In this document: positions 50,177 through 62,637 of the stretch, piece by piece
Layout: each line of letters opens with the position of its first letter
How positions within the stretch are numbered: the first letter of the stretch is position 1
DNA from: Felis catus
Taxonomy: Eukaryota
Reading direction: 5' to 3'
Length of the DNA stretch: 64,000 nucleotides
Assembly (NCBI RefSeq): GCF_018350175.1
Contig: NC_058368.1
Span: 170,874,001 to 170,938,000 of the forward strand
Notes under the pieces: model-generated
What the model was told of the DNA's origin: nothing
Seen by the model: only the letters and a program-made list of their open reading frames with translations
The model's database searches: none
Position numbers and translations under genes: made by a program

Positions 50177-51187
50177 GAAAATGGATATTTTAAAGATAAA
50201 TGTGAAGACAATTTTACCTAAAAATGCCACTACTTTAAAGATATTGATTTTTATTCTCACAAAATCGTCACTAAGTGTGATCGATTCTTTTGTTTTAATA
50301 TTTCTTCCACCCATCCTGATGTCTCTGTTCCTTTGTCACCGCCAGAGCCTCATGTTTGTAGTATTACATTTGAATCTTATTGGGATGGAACACATTTCCC
50401 TACTTCCAGTCCTTCTCAGCCCAAATCTATCCTCTATACTACTTCCTGACTTACTTTCCTAAATCGCCGTTTTTATGAGGTCAATCCTCTTCTACAAATG
50501 ATCCACAATGTGATTTGTTAAAGCATTATGGAAATTTGTCCCAAATTTGATAGAGCCAAGATGTCCAACAATAGAGGATTGTTAAATATAATTTGGTAGA
50601 TCAATAAAATATTATGCAGTGATTATAGAAGATAATCATAGAAATGTTATAGAAAAACAATTATTGATCTGAAGAAAATATTTGCACATTATTTAATATA
50701 AGGAAAAGCATGAAATAAGCTACCTATCAGTATGTACAAAGTCTATAAAAGAACGTAAATACTCTTTGACTCAAAATTTTTATTCCCTGTAATTTATCTA
50801 AGAAAGTAGAATGGGTGCAAAGATTCCAAGTTCATCTTCATCCGAGAATTGTTTTCAGCAGTGCAAAAATCAAAAACAACCTACAAGTCCAAAAGCATGG
50901 GATTGAATTTCTGTTTGCAGTCAAGGTAGAGCAACAAAAGACATACAAAATATGTTCTCTGACCACAATGGAATTAAATTAGAAATCAATAACAGAGGGT
51001 TATGTGGACAAAATCTCAAATAAATAAATTACATGCATTTACATAGCCCATGGGTCAAAAAAGAAATCAAAAAAGAAATTAGGAAAAATTTTAACTAAAT
51101 AAAAATGAAAACATAGCATATGAAAATTTATGGTTACAGCCAAAGCAGTAATAAGAAAGAATATTTTTGCTCTCAATGCCTATTTTA

Positions 51188-51421
51188 TTTTATTTTATTT
51201 TTTTTTTTAATTTTTTTTTCAACGTTTATTTATTTTTGGGACAGAGAGAGACAGAGCATGAACGGGGGAGGAGCAGAGAGAGAGGGAGACACAGAATCGG
51301 AAACAGGCTCCAGGCTCTGAGCCATCAGCCCAGAGCCCGACGCGGGGCTCGAACTCCCGGACCGCGAGATCGTGACCTGGCTGAAGTCGGTCGCCCAACC
51401 GACTGCGCCACCCAGGCGCCC
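51188..51421 (-). mobile_element. Young SINEC_Fc nested in the old L1
   Basis: Perfect TSD ctcaatgcctatttta at 51172-51187 and 51422-51437. Confidence 0.95.
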
Positions 51422-52813
51422 CTCAATGCCTATTTTAAAAAGAAGAAAGATCTCGAGTCAATGACATCAATGTTCACCTTAAGAAACACCTAAGAAACTT
51501 TCAAATTCCCTAAAAGATACAAACTACCAAGATTATTCCAGAAGAAATAGACAATCCAAAGAGCCTTATGTCTTTGAAAGACATTGCATTTGGAGTTTTA
51601 AATCTTCCCACAAAGAAAATTCCATTCTCAGATGCATTTACTAGTGAATCCTCCCAAACATTTAAGGAAGAAAAAATATTTCAACACAAACTCTTCCAGA
51701 AAACTGAGTACTTCCCAGCTCAATCTATGAGGCCAGCATGACTATGATACCAGTACCTGAAAAATATGTTTTAAGAAAACTACAGAACAATATCCCTCAT
51801 GAATGTGGAGATAACATTTCTTACCAAATTTTAACAAACTAAACCTAACACTATATTAAAATAATGCATCATGATCAAGTAGGGGTGTACCTCAGGGATA
51901 CAAAGTTAGTTCAACATTTGAAACACAAAACAATGTAACTCACTATGTTAATAGACTAAACAACAATATGATCGTCTCAAAAGATGGAGAAAAATCATGT
52001 GACAAAATAACCAACATCTTATCCTGATTAAAAAAAAAAATCCTCAGCATATTGGAAATAGAAGAAATATCCTCAGCCTGATGAAGAGCAACTACAAAAA
52101 CTACACCGTTAACATCATACTTAAAAGACAAAATTCTTTCCCCCAAGATGAGGAAACAAGCAAGGACGTCTGCTTTCACCATCTCTATTCAACATAGTCC
52201 TGGAGGTTTCAGCCAGTCAATCCAGGCAAGCAAGAGAAATAAAAGACACCCAGATGGGAGACGAAAAGGTAAAATTGTCTTTATTCACAAATGGCACAAT
52301 CATCTATGTAGAAAATCTTGTGGAATCTATGTATTTACTAGAGCTAATAACTAATTTCAGCAAGTTTGGAAGGAGTGAGATCAATATACTGGCAACAAAC
52401 AATTGGAAATTGAAATTAAAATAACAATACCATTTATGATACCATAAAAATATGAATTACCTAGAGATAAATATGAGAAAAAAATATGCAGGCCCCATAC
52501 ACTGCAAACTGCAAAACATACTGAGAGGAATTAGAGAACTCCTAAATAAATAGAGATAAATGCCATGGTTATACATAAACACAGATAAAATATTAATTCT
52601 CCCCAATTTGATTTGATAGTTATAATACAATCCCAATTAAAATCTCAACAGCCTTATTTGTACATTTTAATACTAATTCTAAAATGCATTTGGAAATGCA
52701 AAAGATACAGAATTGCCAAAACAACTCTGAAAAAGAACAAAGTTTGGCTAACCTCTACTATCTGACTTCCAGTCTTAGTACAAAGTTACAACGATCAAGA
52801 TTGTGGTATTAGA

Positions 52814-53331
52814 CAAGGGATACAGGAGTACTGATGCATAGGGGCACTTGTACCCCAATGTTCATAGCAGCACTCTCAACAATAGCCAAATTATGGAAAG
52901 AGCCTAAATGTCCATCAAGTGATGAATGGATAAAGAAATTGTGGTTTATATATACAATGGAGTACTACGTGGCAATGAGAAAGAATGAAATATGGCCCTT
53001 TGTAGCAACGTGGATGGAAGTGGAGAGTGTGATGCTAAGTGAAATAAGCCATACAGAGAAAGACAGATACCATATGGTTTCACTCTTATGTGGATCCTCA
53101 GAAACTTAACAGAAACCCATGGGGGAGGGGAAGGAAAAAAAAAAAAGAGGTTAGAGTGGGAGAGAGCCAAAGCATAAGAGACTGTTAAAAACTGAGAACA
53201 AACTGAGGGTTGATGGGGGGTGGGAGGGAGGGGAGGGTGGGCAATGGGTATTAAGGAGGACACCTTTTGGGATGAGCACTGGGTGTTGTATGGAAACAAA
53301 TTTGACAATAAACATCATATACTGAAAAAAA
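52814..53331 (+). mobile_element. Young 5'-truncated felid L1 (L1_Fc-like) nested in the old L1
   Basis: Open ORF2 end (TCTPMFIAALSTIAKLWKEPKCPS..EWIKKLW), G-rich 3' UTR, AATAAA at 53307, A tail; TSD aag(a/t)ttgtggtattaga at 52797-52813 and 53332-53348. Confidence 0.93.
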
Positions 53332-54914
53332 AAGTTTGTGGTATTAGAATCGAGAAAGACAAATAGATCAATACAATTGAGAGTCTAACTGAAGACCCAC
53401 ACATGTGTAGTTAATTGGTTTTCAACAAAGATGCAAAAGCAATTTAAAAATGTGAGATTGAGTAAATTATTTTGTAAAGGATGCAGTCATTAAATTTTGA
53501 TGTAGAAATACATGTATCAGCATAACAAGATGTTCATGATATGTTAAGAGAAAACTTCAGGGTCTAAAACAGTTTGTAAATTATTGTTCTATTTTTTTAA
53601 TGGGCTCTATTTTTCCCAAAGGGATACATACATACATATACACACAAATATACACACACAATAAAAGTGATTGTTAATAATAGGAGCCTGGAATTGCTTA
53701 TAATTTTACTTTTGCTTTCATGCTTCTATTTTATTTATTTATAATAGACATGTACAGTAATAAAAGACAACAGCAAAACATTAGAATACTGTATATTCAT
53801 TACATCAAATCCAATAACTTTTTCTTGGTTAAAAATGTGTATGTGGTATAAAGACCGGAAGATATATTACAAATGTTACTAAAAGAGGTAAAGTTACAAA
53901 TAGTCTTTTAGCTTTGCCTTTCTTGGTTTCCAATTATTCCACATTGGGCACACCTTGCTTTTGAAAAATTACAAAAGCCTTAAATATTATTTAAAAACTT
54001 CTCAATAATTCCCTATAATGACCTGACTCAAGATCTAAGTTCTTAATCTGCTGGTAAGATCCTCCATGGACAATCAGCCCAAACCGACCTTTCTGACTTT
54101 CCTGTCTTTGCTTGAACGTCCTCCTATTCCCCACTTTGTTCACCTGGTTCTGGTCGCTGCCCCCACCCTGCTTCATGTCCTCCATCGCATCACTGCCTCT
54201 GATCCTGCTGTCTCTTCTTACTCGGGCCATGCTCCCCCCCACCCCGCCCCGCCCCATGCCTTTCCACTTAATATCAACGTTTGAAGTTAAATTCCTGCTA
54301 TCTCTGAAATTTCCGTAGAAATGCCTTTATCAAGTGCCAACCCTGGATTCCTATGGCACTCTGTCTTTCCCAAGCATTTGAAACTTAATCACAATCTAGT
54401 TAAAGGCATACCTAGCTTTACAGTAGTGGGGAGCCTCTCTGATTCCACAGTCCTATCGTACACATTTATCCTCTGCTATATAGACTTAAGGTTCTGGAGC
54501 TGGACTGTTGGGCTTTAAATCTCAGCTTTACTGGTTAATAGGCGGTTGGTCTTGGGGCAAATTGTTCACTTCTCTTTATCTCCATTTTCTCTTCTAAAAA
54601 TTGGGTACAAGACAACTTACTACGTAGTTATTTTGGGGCCAATGAGTAGTTCTGAAAAGCATTAGAATATTGTCTGGAACATAGTAAGCACTCAGCAGAT
54701 ATTATTACTAAGGTGATTGTTATTATTGTCATCACAACCTCAGAATCAAGTCTCAGTTATATGTGTTGTTTCAGTAAACCCAGAAATATAAGGGCTTAGA
54801 AAGCATTATGAAATGACCCCTATATTTGGCCTTCTAATATTGAGTCTCTCCTTAATTTAAGATTTCTCATATTCTACCTGTCTCTAAGCCGTATTTAGAT
54901 ATAAAATAAAGTAA

Positions 54915-55150
54915 GGGAGGCACCTGGGTGGTTCAGTTGGTTAAGCTTGGACTTCAGCTCAGGTTGTGATCTCATGGTTCCTGAGTTCAAGCCCCACATC
55001 TGGTTCTGTGCTGACACCTTGGAGCCTGGAGCCTGCTTTGGATTCTATGTCTCCCTCTCTCTCTCTCTCTCTGTCCCTCCCCCACTCACATTCTGTCTGT
55101 CTGTCTCTCTCTCAAAAATAAACATAAAAAAAAAAGAAAAGAAAATTAGA
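54915..55150 (+). mobile_element. SINEC_Fc-type SINE
   Basis: Typical head, (CT)n and A tail. Confidence 0.88.
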
Positions 55151-55200
55151 ATTTAGAGCAAATGCTTAAAAATTAAAATCCTAACTGCAAAGCACAATTT

Positions 55201-55219
55201 TGGCCACTAGGTGGTGATA
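55201..55219 (+). promoter_or_regulatory. CTCF-binding motif
   Basis: TGGCCACTAGGTGGTGATA is close to the consensus TGGCCACCAGGGGGCGCTA, with a CTGCA upstream-module-like sequence at ~55185. Confidence 0.65.
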
Positions 55220-56484
55220 AAACACTATGTTTTTTTTTAAAAACCGGCAAGAAACTTCCACAAAGAAATGTTCTATATTTCACACTTACTTGCATTATTT
55301 CTAATTTTTCCCTCCTCAAATAGGGAGCAAGAAGAGAAATGGAACCAGGAGACAGAACTCTTTTTCTTAGAGACCAGGGCCTGGGTCCCAGGAGATAATC
55401 AGCATTTAGAATACCTCTCTAGTGGGCCGCACACCCACACAAGAAGCCTGGCAACAGTTATGTTCCATAAGAGGCACTGCTTGCCTAACCTGTGCACTCT
55501 AGACACAGGGAATTGATTTTTCCCCCACTGCATTGCTACCAAACAATAGGGGAAGACTTCTTCAACTCCAACCTTCTTCTAAATAACTGTTCCGTGGGTA
55601 ACAGCAATGCTGTGGTCTGATAGAGCAGGAAGACAAGGCAGAAGTGAGATTTGATGCTGGATGCTGGGGAGACTATCAGTGACTCATCTGAGCAGCCTGT
55701 GCAAATTCAAGGAGAGGCCTATGTGCCTAGGGGTCAGTGCTCTAATTTACAAATACAAAATATTCCTAGTCTCTGTATCTGCAGGTCCTAAATTTTCAGA
55801 TTTAAAGTTCAGAGGTTGTCCACCATATTTAAAGTTCTTGAATATATCCTCCCCAAGATGGCTGCCACCAGTCACTTCTTATAGCTCCTCTTTGTACTTA
55901 CCAGAAGAATGTCTCTGTGGCTCTTGCTACTGCGTCTGTCTGCTATAGGTGTGGAGCGAGGGAGAGAATCATTCTCTTCTCCTTTTATTAGCGGGGAGAG
56001 GGGGAAGGAAGAGTAACTTCCAGATTGAGTCCAAACCTTCAACTGGTCTAAACATGGACTCTATTCTTCTGTAACACTCCGAATGTTTTCTATGGATGCA
56101 ACTTCTTAGGAGGATTACTTTTTTTTTTTTTAATTGTGGTAATACATACAAAACATTAAATTTGCCATTTTAATCATTTTTAGATATACAATCCAGTGGC
56201 ATTAAGTAAGATTCCTCCAGGCTGGGGGAGAGAGAGTAGAAGAGCACAGGTGGGATTCTCAGAAGTGCGCCTAACTGCATCCTGTTGTTGCTGATGGCAT
56301 GGAGATGGAAAATTTTCAGACACAAGTGCACAGAAGGTAGGGTGTAGGCAGAGAGGACTGTAGCCTCACATATGTAGCAAATATGGATAGATCTCCTCAA
56401 ATATGTAGTAGAATGTGATGCTTCCAGCCCTTTGCCAGTGCTGTGTTCTCTGTCTGGGAAGGTTCTCCCTTCTTGACTTTCTAT

Positions 56485-57065
56485 TGTCAGAGTAAAATTG
56501 CACCTGACAAAATTAAACAGGCAAAGAAGACTTTATTCAAGACCATTAAACTGTACTCAAGGCAAGAAGGGAGAGAAACCAGAAGCTAGGCCTCAACTCC
56601 TCTCCACTGAAATAAAGGGTAGGAGGGATTTTGAGCATTGCACAGCTATTGGAAAAGTACTGGAGGACATTAGGGAGTGGTCGATCAGTGGGATGTGTCC
56701 AGCACATTGAGTCCTTGAGTTTGTGTTTTTCTCTGTGATTAGGCCACCTGTGTTTGCTAATTGGCACCAGGGAAGTTAGGATCCTACCTTCATAAGGAGA
56801 CTGGGAGATAGGGGCTTTATCTTCACTGATGATTACATTTCAAAGAGGTGGCTCCCAGGTCCTTGAGAAAGACAGTCTTGGCAAAAAAAAAAAAAAAAAA
56901 AAGGCAAGGGGATTTTAAGAAGATTTGCATCTCAAAGTGGTAGAGAAAGAACTCGAAGGTTTTCTAAAGTAAATGCTCTCAGAAAAGGAATCAGGGCCTA
57001 AAGTCATAGGCAAGTCTTTCTCAAGTTTAGCCAAGCTGAGGGGAAATGTAAGGCCATCTCGGTCA
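56485..57065 (-). mobile_element. Solo ERV1 LTR, MER67-like
   Basis: TG...CA termini with 4-bp TSD ctat (56481-56484, 57066-57069); minus-strand AATAAA near the 3' end. Confidence 0.8.
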
Positions 57066-60013
57066 CTATTTATCTTTAAATTCCACTCTTTGTCACTGAA
57101 AATGCCACACATTTCCTGATTCTTTTTCTTTCCCCTTTCCCAGTTTTTCACTCCAACATCTATAGAAATTCTGATTCTTGTTTGTACGTCCATCACATGG
57201 ATATGGAACTGACCTGCAAGTATTGATTTATATATTTGAGTCAGGGGTAGCATCATTTTTCATCAGTTGGTATGATGATGATCACCTGGTTCTGGGAATA
57301 CCGAATAAATAATATTAAACTGAACTATATCTTACCAACTGGCACAGGCCATTCCAACCATTTTCACTGATTTGACCTTTCCATTAAACTGGCAAATTGC
57401 ACGGCCAGTGCACTTGCTTTTCCTCTACCGATTCACCACATATGACTTGGTTTTTTGTTTGCTCGTTTTATTTTCCTTTTTGTTCATTTGAATACAGTGC
57501 ACATGCCCTTACATTAAGTGACCAGAATTCTAATGTTATAACAATTGAGCGCCGTTCAAAGACTGGATAATTTTTAGCCAAACTCACAGTTTGGGCAGTA
57601 AGTTTTCTACTTTCTCTATTAGTGACACTCATGGATGGTAAAACCAAAGGTGAACCTGATTTGAAGGTCAACAAAAGGAAAAGAAAAATGAATTTGAGTA
57701 GCAAAATGGCCCTCAAATGCCCATCAGCTTAGAAACTGCCCCTCAGGTAGTTCTAACAGTGATTCTACATAGGCTGAGACTTTGTCTTTACACAGTGAAG
57801 GGAAGCCTTAAAGAAATGATTTGCACTGATGTCAAATTCTGTTCTTCAAATGATTTTTCTAGTAAGAGGAAACATCAGTCTTTTGGTCTGAATTATCCAG
57901 AACTAGTGTCTGTTTTGATCAAATCTACCAGATAATTTCTAGTTAGCTCTTAGCAGTAATCCTATTTAGCCATCCAGATGGCTAAAAATGCCATGCCAAT
58001 GTCCTTTTACTTATTGTGTTCTTGACCAGACACAGCCTAACTATTACCTTGGATTTCAGTTGGCTCTCTCACACACAAAAACACGGAATATTACGTGTTT
58101 GTTGCTTTTACTGCAGCCAAGGGGTATGTCCTGCTCTGGACACTCACGTTAGACAGAGACAACTGTGGACCAACTGTTTGTGTTGGCCACTAGAGCAGCA
58201 TTTTGTACACAGCACCACTAGGTTACTCTATGGATCCCATTCACACGAAAGAGTTAATATGTTTCTAAAAATTCTTGGTTGCCAATTCACAGAAAGTTAA
58301 TTATGTCCAGACCACCAGATGATAAGGAAATAATATCATGTACAAGTCTAATGATAAAGTGCATCCATATTTACTTTGCTCTGGCTAGAACATAAAAATT
58401 ATCTGTAAATTAAAAGAGGAAGGGATCTTTTGAGGTAAACCATATTTCTTAAAATATGGGTCACTGTTTTGCAACTACCCCCACATCTCTCCACTTCTCC
58501 ACTGCTTCATTTGTCTCAATTACAGTGTATTTTTCATATAATTATCTGATTTGTTCTCATGGATATTGACATGATATATATGCTAGGTTGAAAATCAGCT
58601 GCACAAGAAATACATATGAGAAGATGGACTCTCAACAAGGGAATACGAAAGATGGTTTTTCAGCACTTTTAGGGCTGAGGCTGGTGTAGTATATGCGAGA
58701 GGCTTGTTATTTATATTGGTTTTAAAAATATTTCCTCTTAAATATCTTCAGTATAGGGAAGAGAAAGAAGGGTACACATTTAGATGCTAAAAACCCCTCT
58801 GTCCTTAGGCAGCTGCCATTTTATTAATTTGGTGTGACCTTGGTCAGTAAAGCGTTGCCACTAATACATTCTACTAAGTTTGGTTCATGGTGTCTCATTT
58901 CTTTGGGTGTCCTTCATGTTTAAGGTTTTTGTTTATACACATAGAGGTCGAGAATAATGTCATTAATAAATCTAGTTCTCTCATGAAAAAGGTCATGTCT
59001 CTGCAAGGCCATTGAATCAATTGATTACATTAGCTTTCTTTGCATTACATTCGATTCGGTTAAGGTAGCTCAAACTGCCACGCTTCTTTTCTCCTTCACA
59101 GGAGAAAGAATTATCTCAAGGAGATCATCATCATACTCTGGTTTTTCTCAAGGAGAAAGTTCATGGTACGCACATGGCAATCATTAAATAAAGGGGGCAA
59201 AATTTAATACATTGGATATCAATCATAAAAAAAATGTTAACAATAGCAAATCTACTGTGAAGACAAAGTCCTTATTCGTGGGTAAGAGAGCTAGTCTGGC
59301 TGAGAGCTGTCACTTTTCTTTATGTCTGATTCCAGACAGATATATGAGCAAATCATTCCTCTTTCGAGCCGTGCCAGAATGGAAAGTTATTTCAAGACAT
59401 TTGACCCATACTCATCAGTGCCCTCATCTATAAAATGGGAACAAAACCACTTCCCTCTTCAGGTTGATGTGAGAATTAAATGAGATTTTATATGAAGCAC
59501 TTATGAAAAATGATTGCTGCATATTAAATTCTCAGTAAATACTAGCCATTATTACTCTTGTTATCAATTAAGAGCATGAGAAGAGAAGTAAAATGTCCTT
59601 ACACGATGCTTACTGGTGAACTATGGGAATCAGGGAACTGGGAAGGAGTTGTGGCTCCCTTAGCTCTCAAGGTGTCGGTGCATAATTTCTTCTTTCTTCT
59701 CCAGACATTCCCCCTTGGTTTTCCTCTTCTGGGAGAAACCCACAAAGGTGTTCCAACTTCTAAACCCCACTCTTATTTTCTTATTAAACACAAATCCCTA
59801 GCCCCCAGCCTGCTTTCCTCTTGGTAACTGCCCACTTTGTCCCTAGATGTTTTATTCCTTCTAATCTGCTAGAGTGCAGACATGGACTTGCCACCTCCTT
59901 CCTTCATTTCTGGCCTGAAAGAATGAGACACGTGCAATGATATGTAAGCATAGGAAGGACAGCATATGCAGGAAAATAAAAGTAGGTTAAAATGGCTTGC
60001 AGGAGAGTCGGGC

Positions 60014-60116
60014 AAGGGGAGAAGACAGAGGAGAGGGAAGGGGTCAGACCATGGAAGGGGTCAGACCATGGAAGGGGAGAAGATAGAGGAGAGGGAAGGG
60101 GTCAGACCATGGAAGG
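60014..60116 (+). repeat. Compound local duplication (A-B-B-A-B), B = ggaaggggtcagaccat
   Basis: Three identical 17-mers at 60036, 60053 and 60094, and two copies of aaggggagaagayagaggagag. Confidence 0.9.
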
Positions 60117-62419
60117 CCTGCTAAGAAGCTGGATTTTATCTTGAGAGCAACAGTGAGCCAATCAGGTGTAATTTAATCCAGGAGGAACTGATCATATTTT
60201 CCTTTTATAATGACGACTTGGGCGATAGCACTGAGAATGGGTTGGGAGGCCACATCATTTAAGAGAAATTATAAGAGCCTCTATAAAAGTTTTTGTAATG
60301 AGGATGAAGAAGAGAGACCATTACCATAAGATATTAAGAAGGCAGATTCACCAGGAGATCGTAACTTGTAGAAGGTAGAAAATAAGGGGCAGAGGGAGTC
60401 AAGGACTGCAGGGTTTCTGGCTTGGTTAGACGAAGTGAATGAGGGGCATAACAAGAGGAGCCAGTTGTGGAGACAGAGAATAAGTTCAATTTGAGGTGCA
60501 GCTCATGGGTCAACCAGCAGTCACATCCTCTCGATGACCTCCTCCAACAATATCTAGTTTGAATTGGTGTCAAGAAATCTACTCTAAGACATTAATGATC
60601 TCGAAAGTCCTTAGGAAGCTTTGTCATACCTTGGGATATTGAGATTCCATTTATTTTTCCCAAATGTATTTGATTTTATTCCAATAAGAGTTGAAATGAC
60701 AGGTTTGTAGAGCTGTAAGTCACCGTAAAGATCCCTTATTACCACCTTCACAGATGAGGAGATTGAGGCAGACAGAATCCCACAGCTGCTTTGTCAGACC
60801 TGGCTTCTGCCAGAAGTCGGTGCCTCCCTTCTCTTCCCTCTGTTCTTGCATGCTTTTCCTCTCTGGGTTCCTAAAAGTGGAGAAATCTTCCTGAGTGCTT
60901 GGGGGAACTTCCGCTAGGTCAGATGATCTTCTGGTAACATTGCCTGAAATCTAACACAATATAGGCTTCCTGAATTTTCAGAGTACTATATTTGGGGGGG
61001 ACAAGTATTATTCAAGTGAAGAGGTGAAGACTTCCAGCTGGATCTATAGGTCTGGAACGCAACTAAAAGTTATGAGCTGCAGGTGCTGGTTTGGGAATTA
61101 TTAGTATATAAAGACAATAGAGGATAATGTGGAAGGGGAGCAGAAGGAAGTAAAAAGGAGGATCCTCGGAGGCACCAACGTTTCGAGGGAAAGGCAGAGC
61201 AAGAGGGAGAGCTGGAAACCAAGAGAGGAATGTTCACAAGCCATGGGATGAGATGATTTTAGGAAAGAAGGAGTGGTCATCCATGGTGAAAGGAATGGTT
61301 CTCATTTTGCTGAGAAACTTACACAGGTGTGGAAAATTAACAAAGATCATAGAGTAGGATATTGTGGAAGCTGATCTGTTTGAGGCTTTATTCAATTCAA
61401 TACATATTTATTAGACCATTCCTCTGCTAACAGTGTGTTGGAGACAAATAAAATCTAGATATAGTTTCAGAGCTTGAGAAGCTTAAGATCTAAGATCAGA
61501 CCCTGAAGTCAAATATAAATAAATGACTAATGAAAGATTCATGTAAGAAAAAAATATATATTGGACTGAGCTCCTTGATTTTCATTTGAGAATTTATGTT
61601 TCTTTAGATAAAAGGCTCTGCTATGTCAAAAATATGACAAAAAGAGAGGAAAAATTAAATAGACTCTGCAATATCAATTTAGGAAAATAAAACAAGTTAT
61701 GATATATTCCAGTCTGGGAATATAGCACAATTTGATTTGTCATTTCATTATAAAGTAGCAGATCTTGTGGACATTTAAATGCTTCCTCATTATGTTTATT
61801 AAAATGTTATACATAATTGTTATAATTTTTAAAGGGATTTTGAAAAAATTCTATAAACCAAACAATCTGTTTCTTCAGGGCCCATTTCTCTATTATTTAT
61901 ATTTCATCACGTTTCTACAGTTTACACTGAAGAGCATTCAGATAGAAATCAAAGAACGCTATTATTAACTCAATTACCTCTTTGAAGAAACTGCTGAGGA
62001 CATATACCAATTATTAGTACAGTGGGGAAGGAATGTAGAATTAAGAATTAGAAAACTGGGTTTTCAAAAAGAAAAGAAAACTAGGTTTTCAGTCTCAACT
62101 CAATCACTTAATATTTGCATAATTTTGGGCAAGTCGCTCAACTGTACTGAATCTAAATGTTCTTATCTTATCTATAAAATGGTAATAATAGTAGGAATAT
62201 TGTGTGGCTGTAATAAAGTATACAAAGCACTATATCAAATAAATATATGGGATTGCTTTTCGAACTATAAATTCCTGTACAAATATTTATCTTGTTATCA
62301 ATACTATTTCCTTGAGAGAAAGGTTAATATGAAAAAAATTCTCTTTTAAATTTCTGCTTGAAGCTTAGAGATGCATATTTGTTTCAACGGTATTTCAATG
62401 GTGTATAAAATCACTGCAA

Positions 62420-62637
62420 GGGACACCTGGTGGCTCAGTTGGTTAAGCATCCAACTTTGGCTCGGATCATACATCACGGTTCGTGAGTTCGAGCCCCGCA
62501 TCAGGCTCTGTACTCACAACACAGCTCCAGATCCTCTGTCGCCCATTCTCTCTGCCCCCTCCCCCTGCCCCTTCATCACTTATTTGCATGCTCTCTCTTT
62601 CTCTCTCTCTCTCAAAAATAAATAAACATTGAACAAG
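62420..62637 (+). mobile_element. Can-SINE
   Basis: Typical head and tail; degenerate TSD aatca(c/t)tgc(c)aag. Confidence 0.85.

Larger units (their letters stand above)
50935..53450 (+). mobile_element. Old degenerate L1 ORF2 fragment hosting two younger insertions
   Basis: ttctctgaccacaatggaattaaattagaaatcaataac, tatgaggccagcat, ctattcaacatagtcctggagg and other ORF2 motifs; many stops and frameshifts. Confidence 0.85.

Noticed and set aside
52834..53109. 91-aa L1 ORF2 C-terminal ORF as a functional gene
   Set aside because: Part of a ~520-bp 5'-truncated L1 with no promoter, endonuclease or RT domain.
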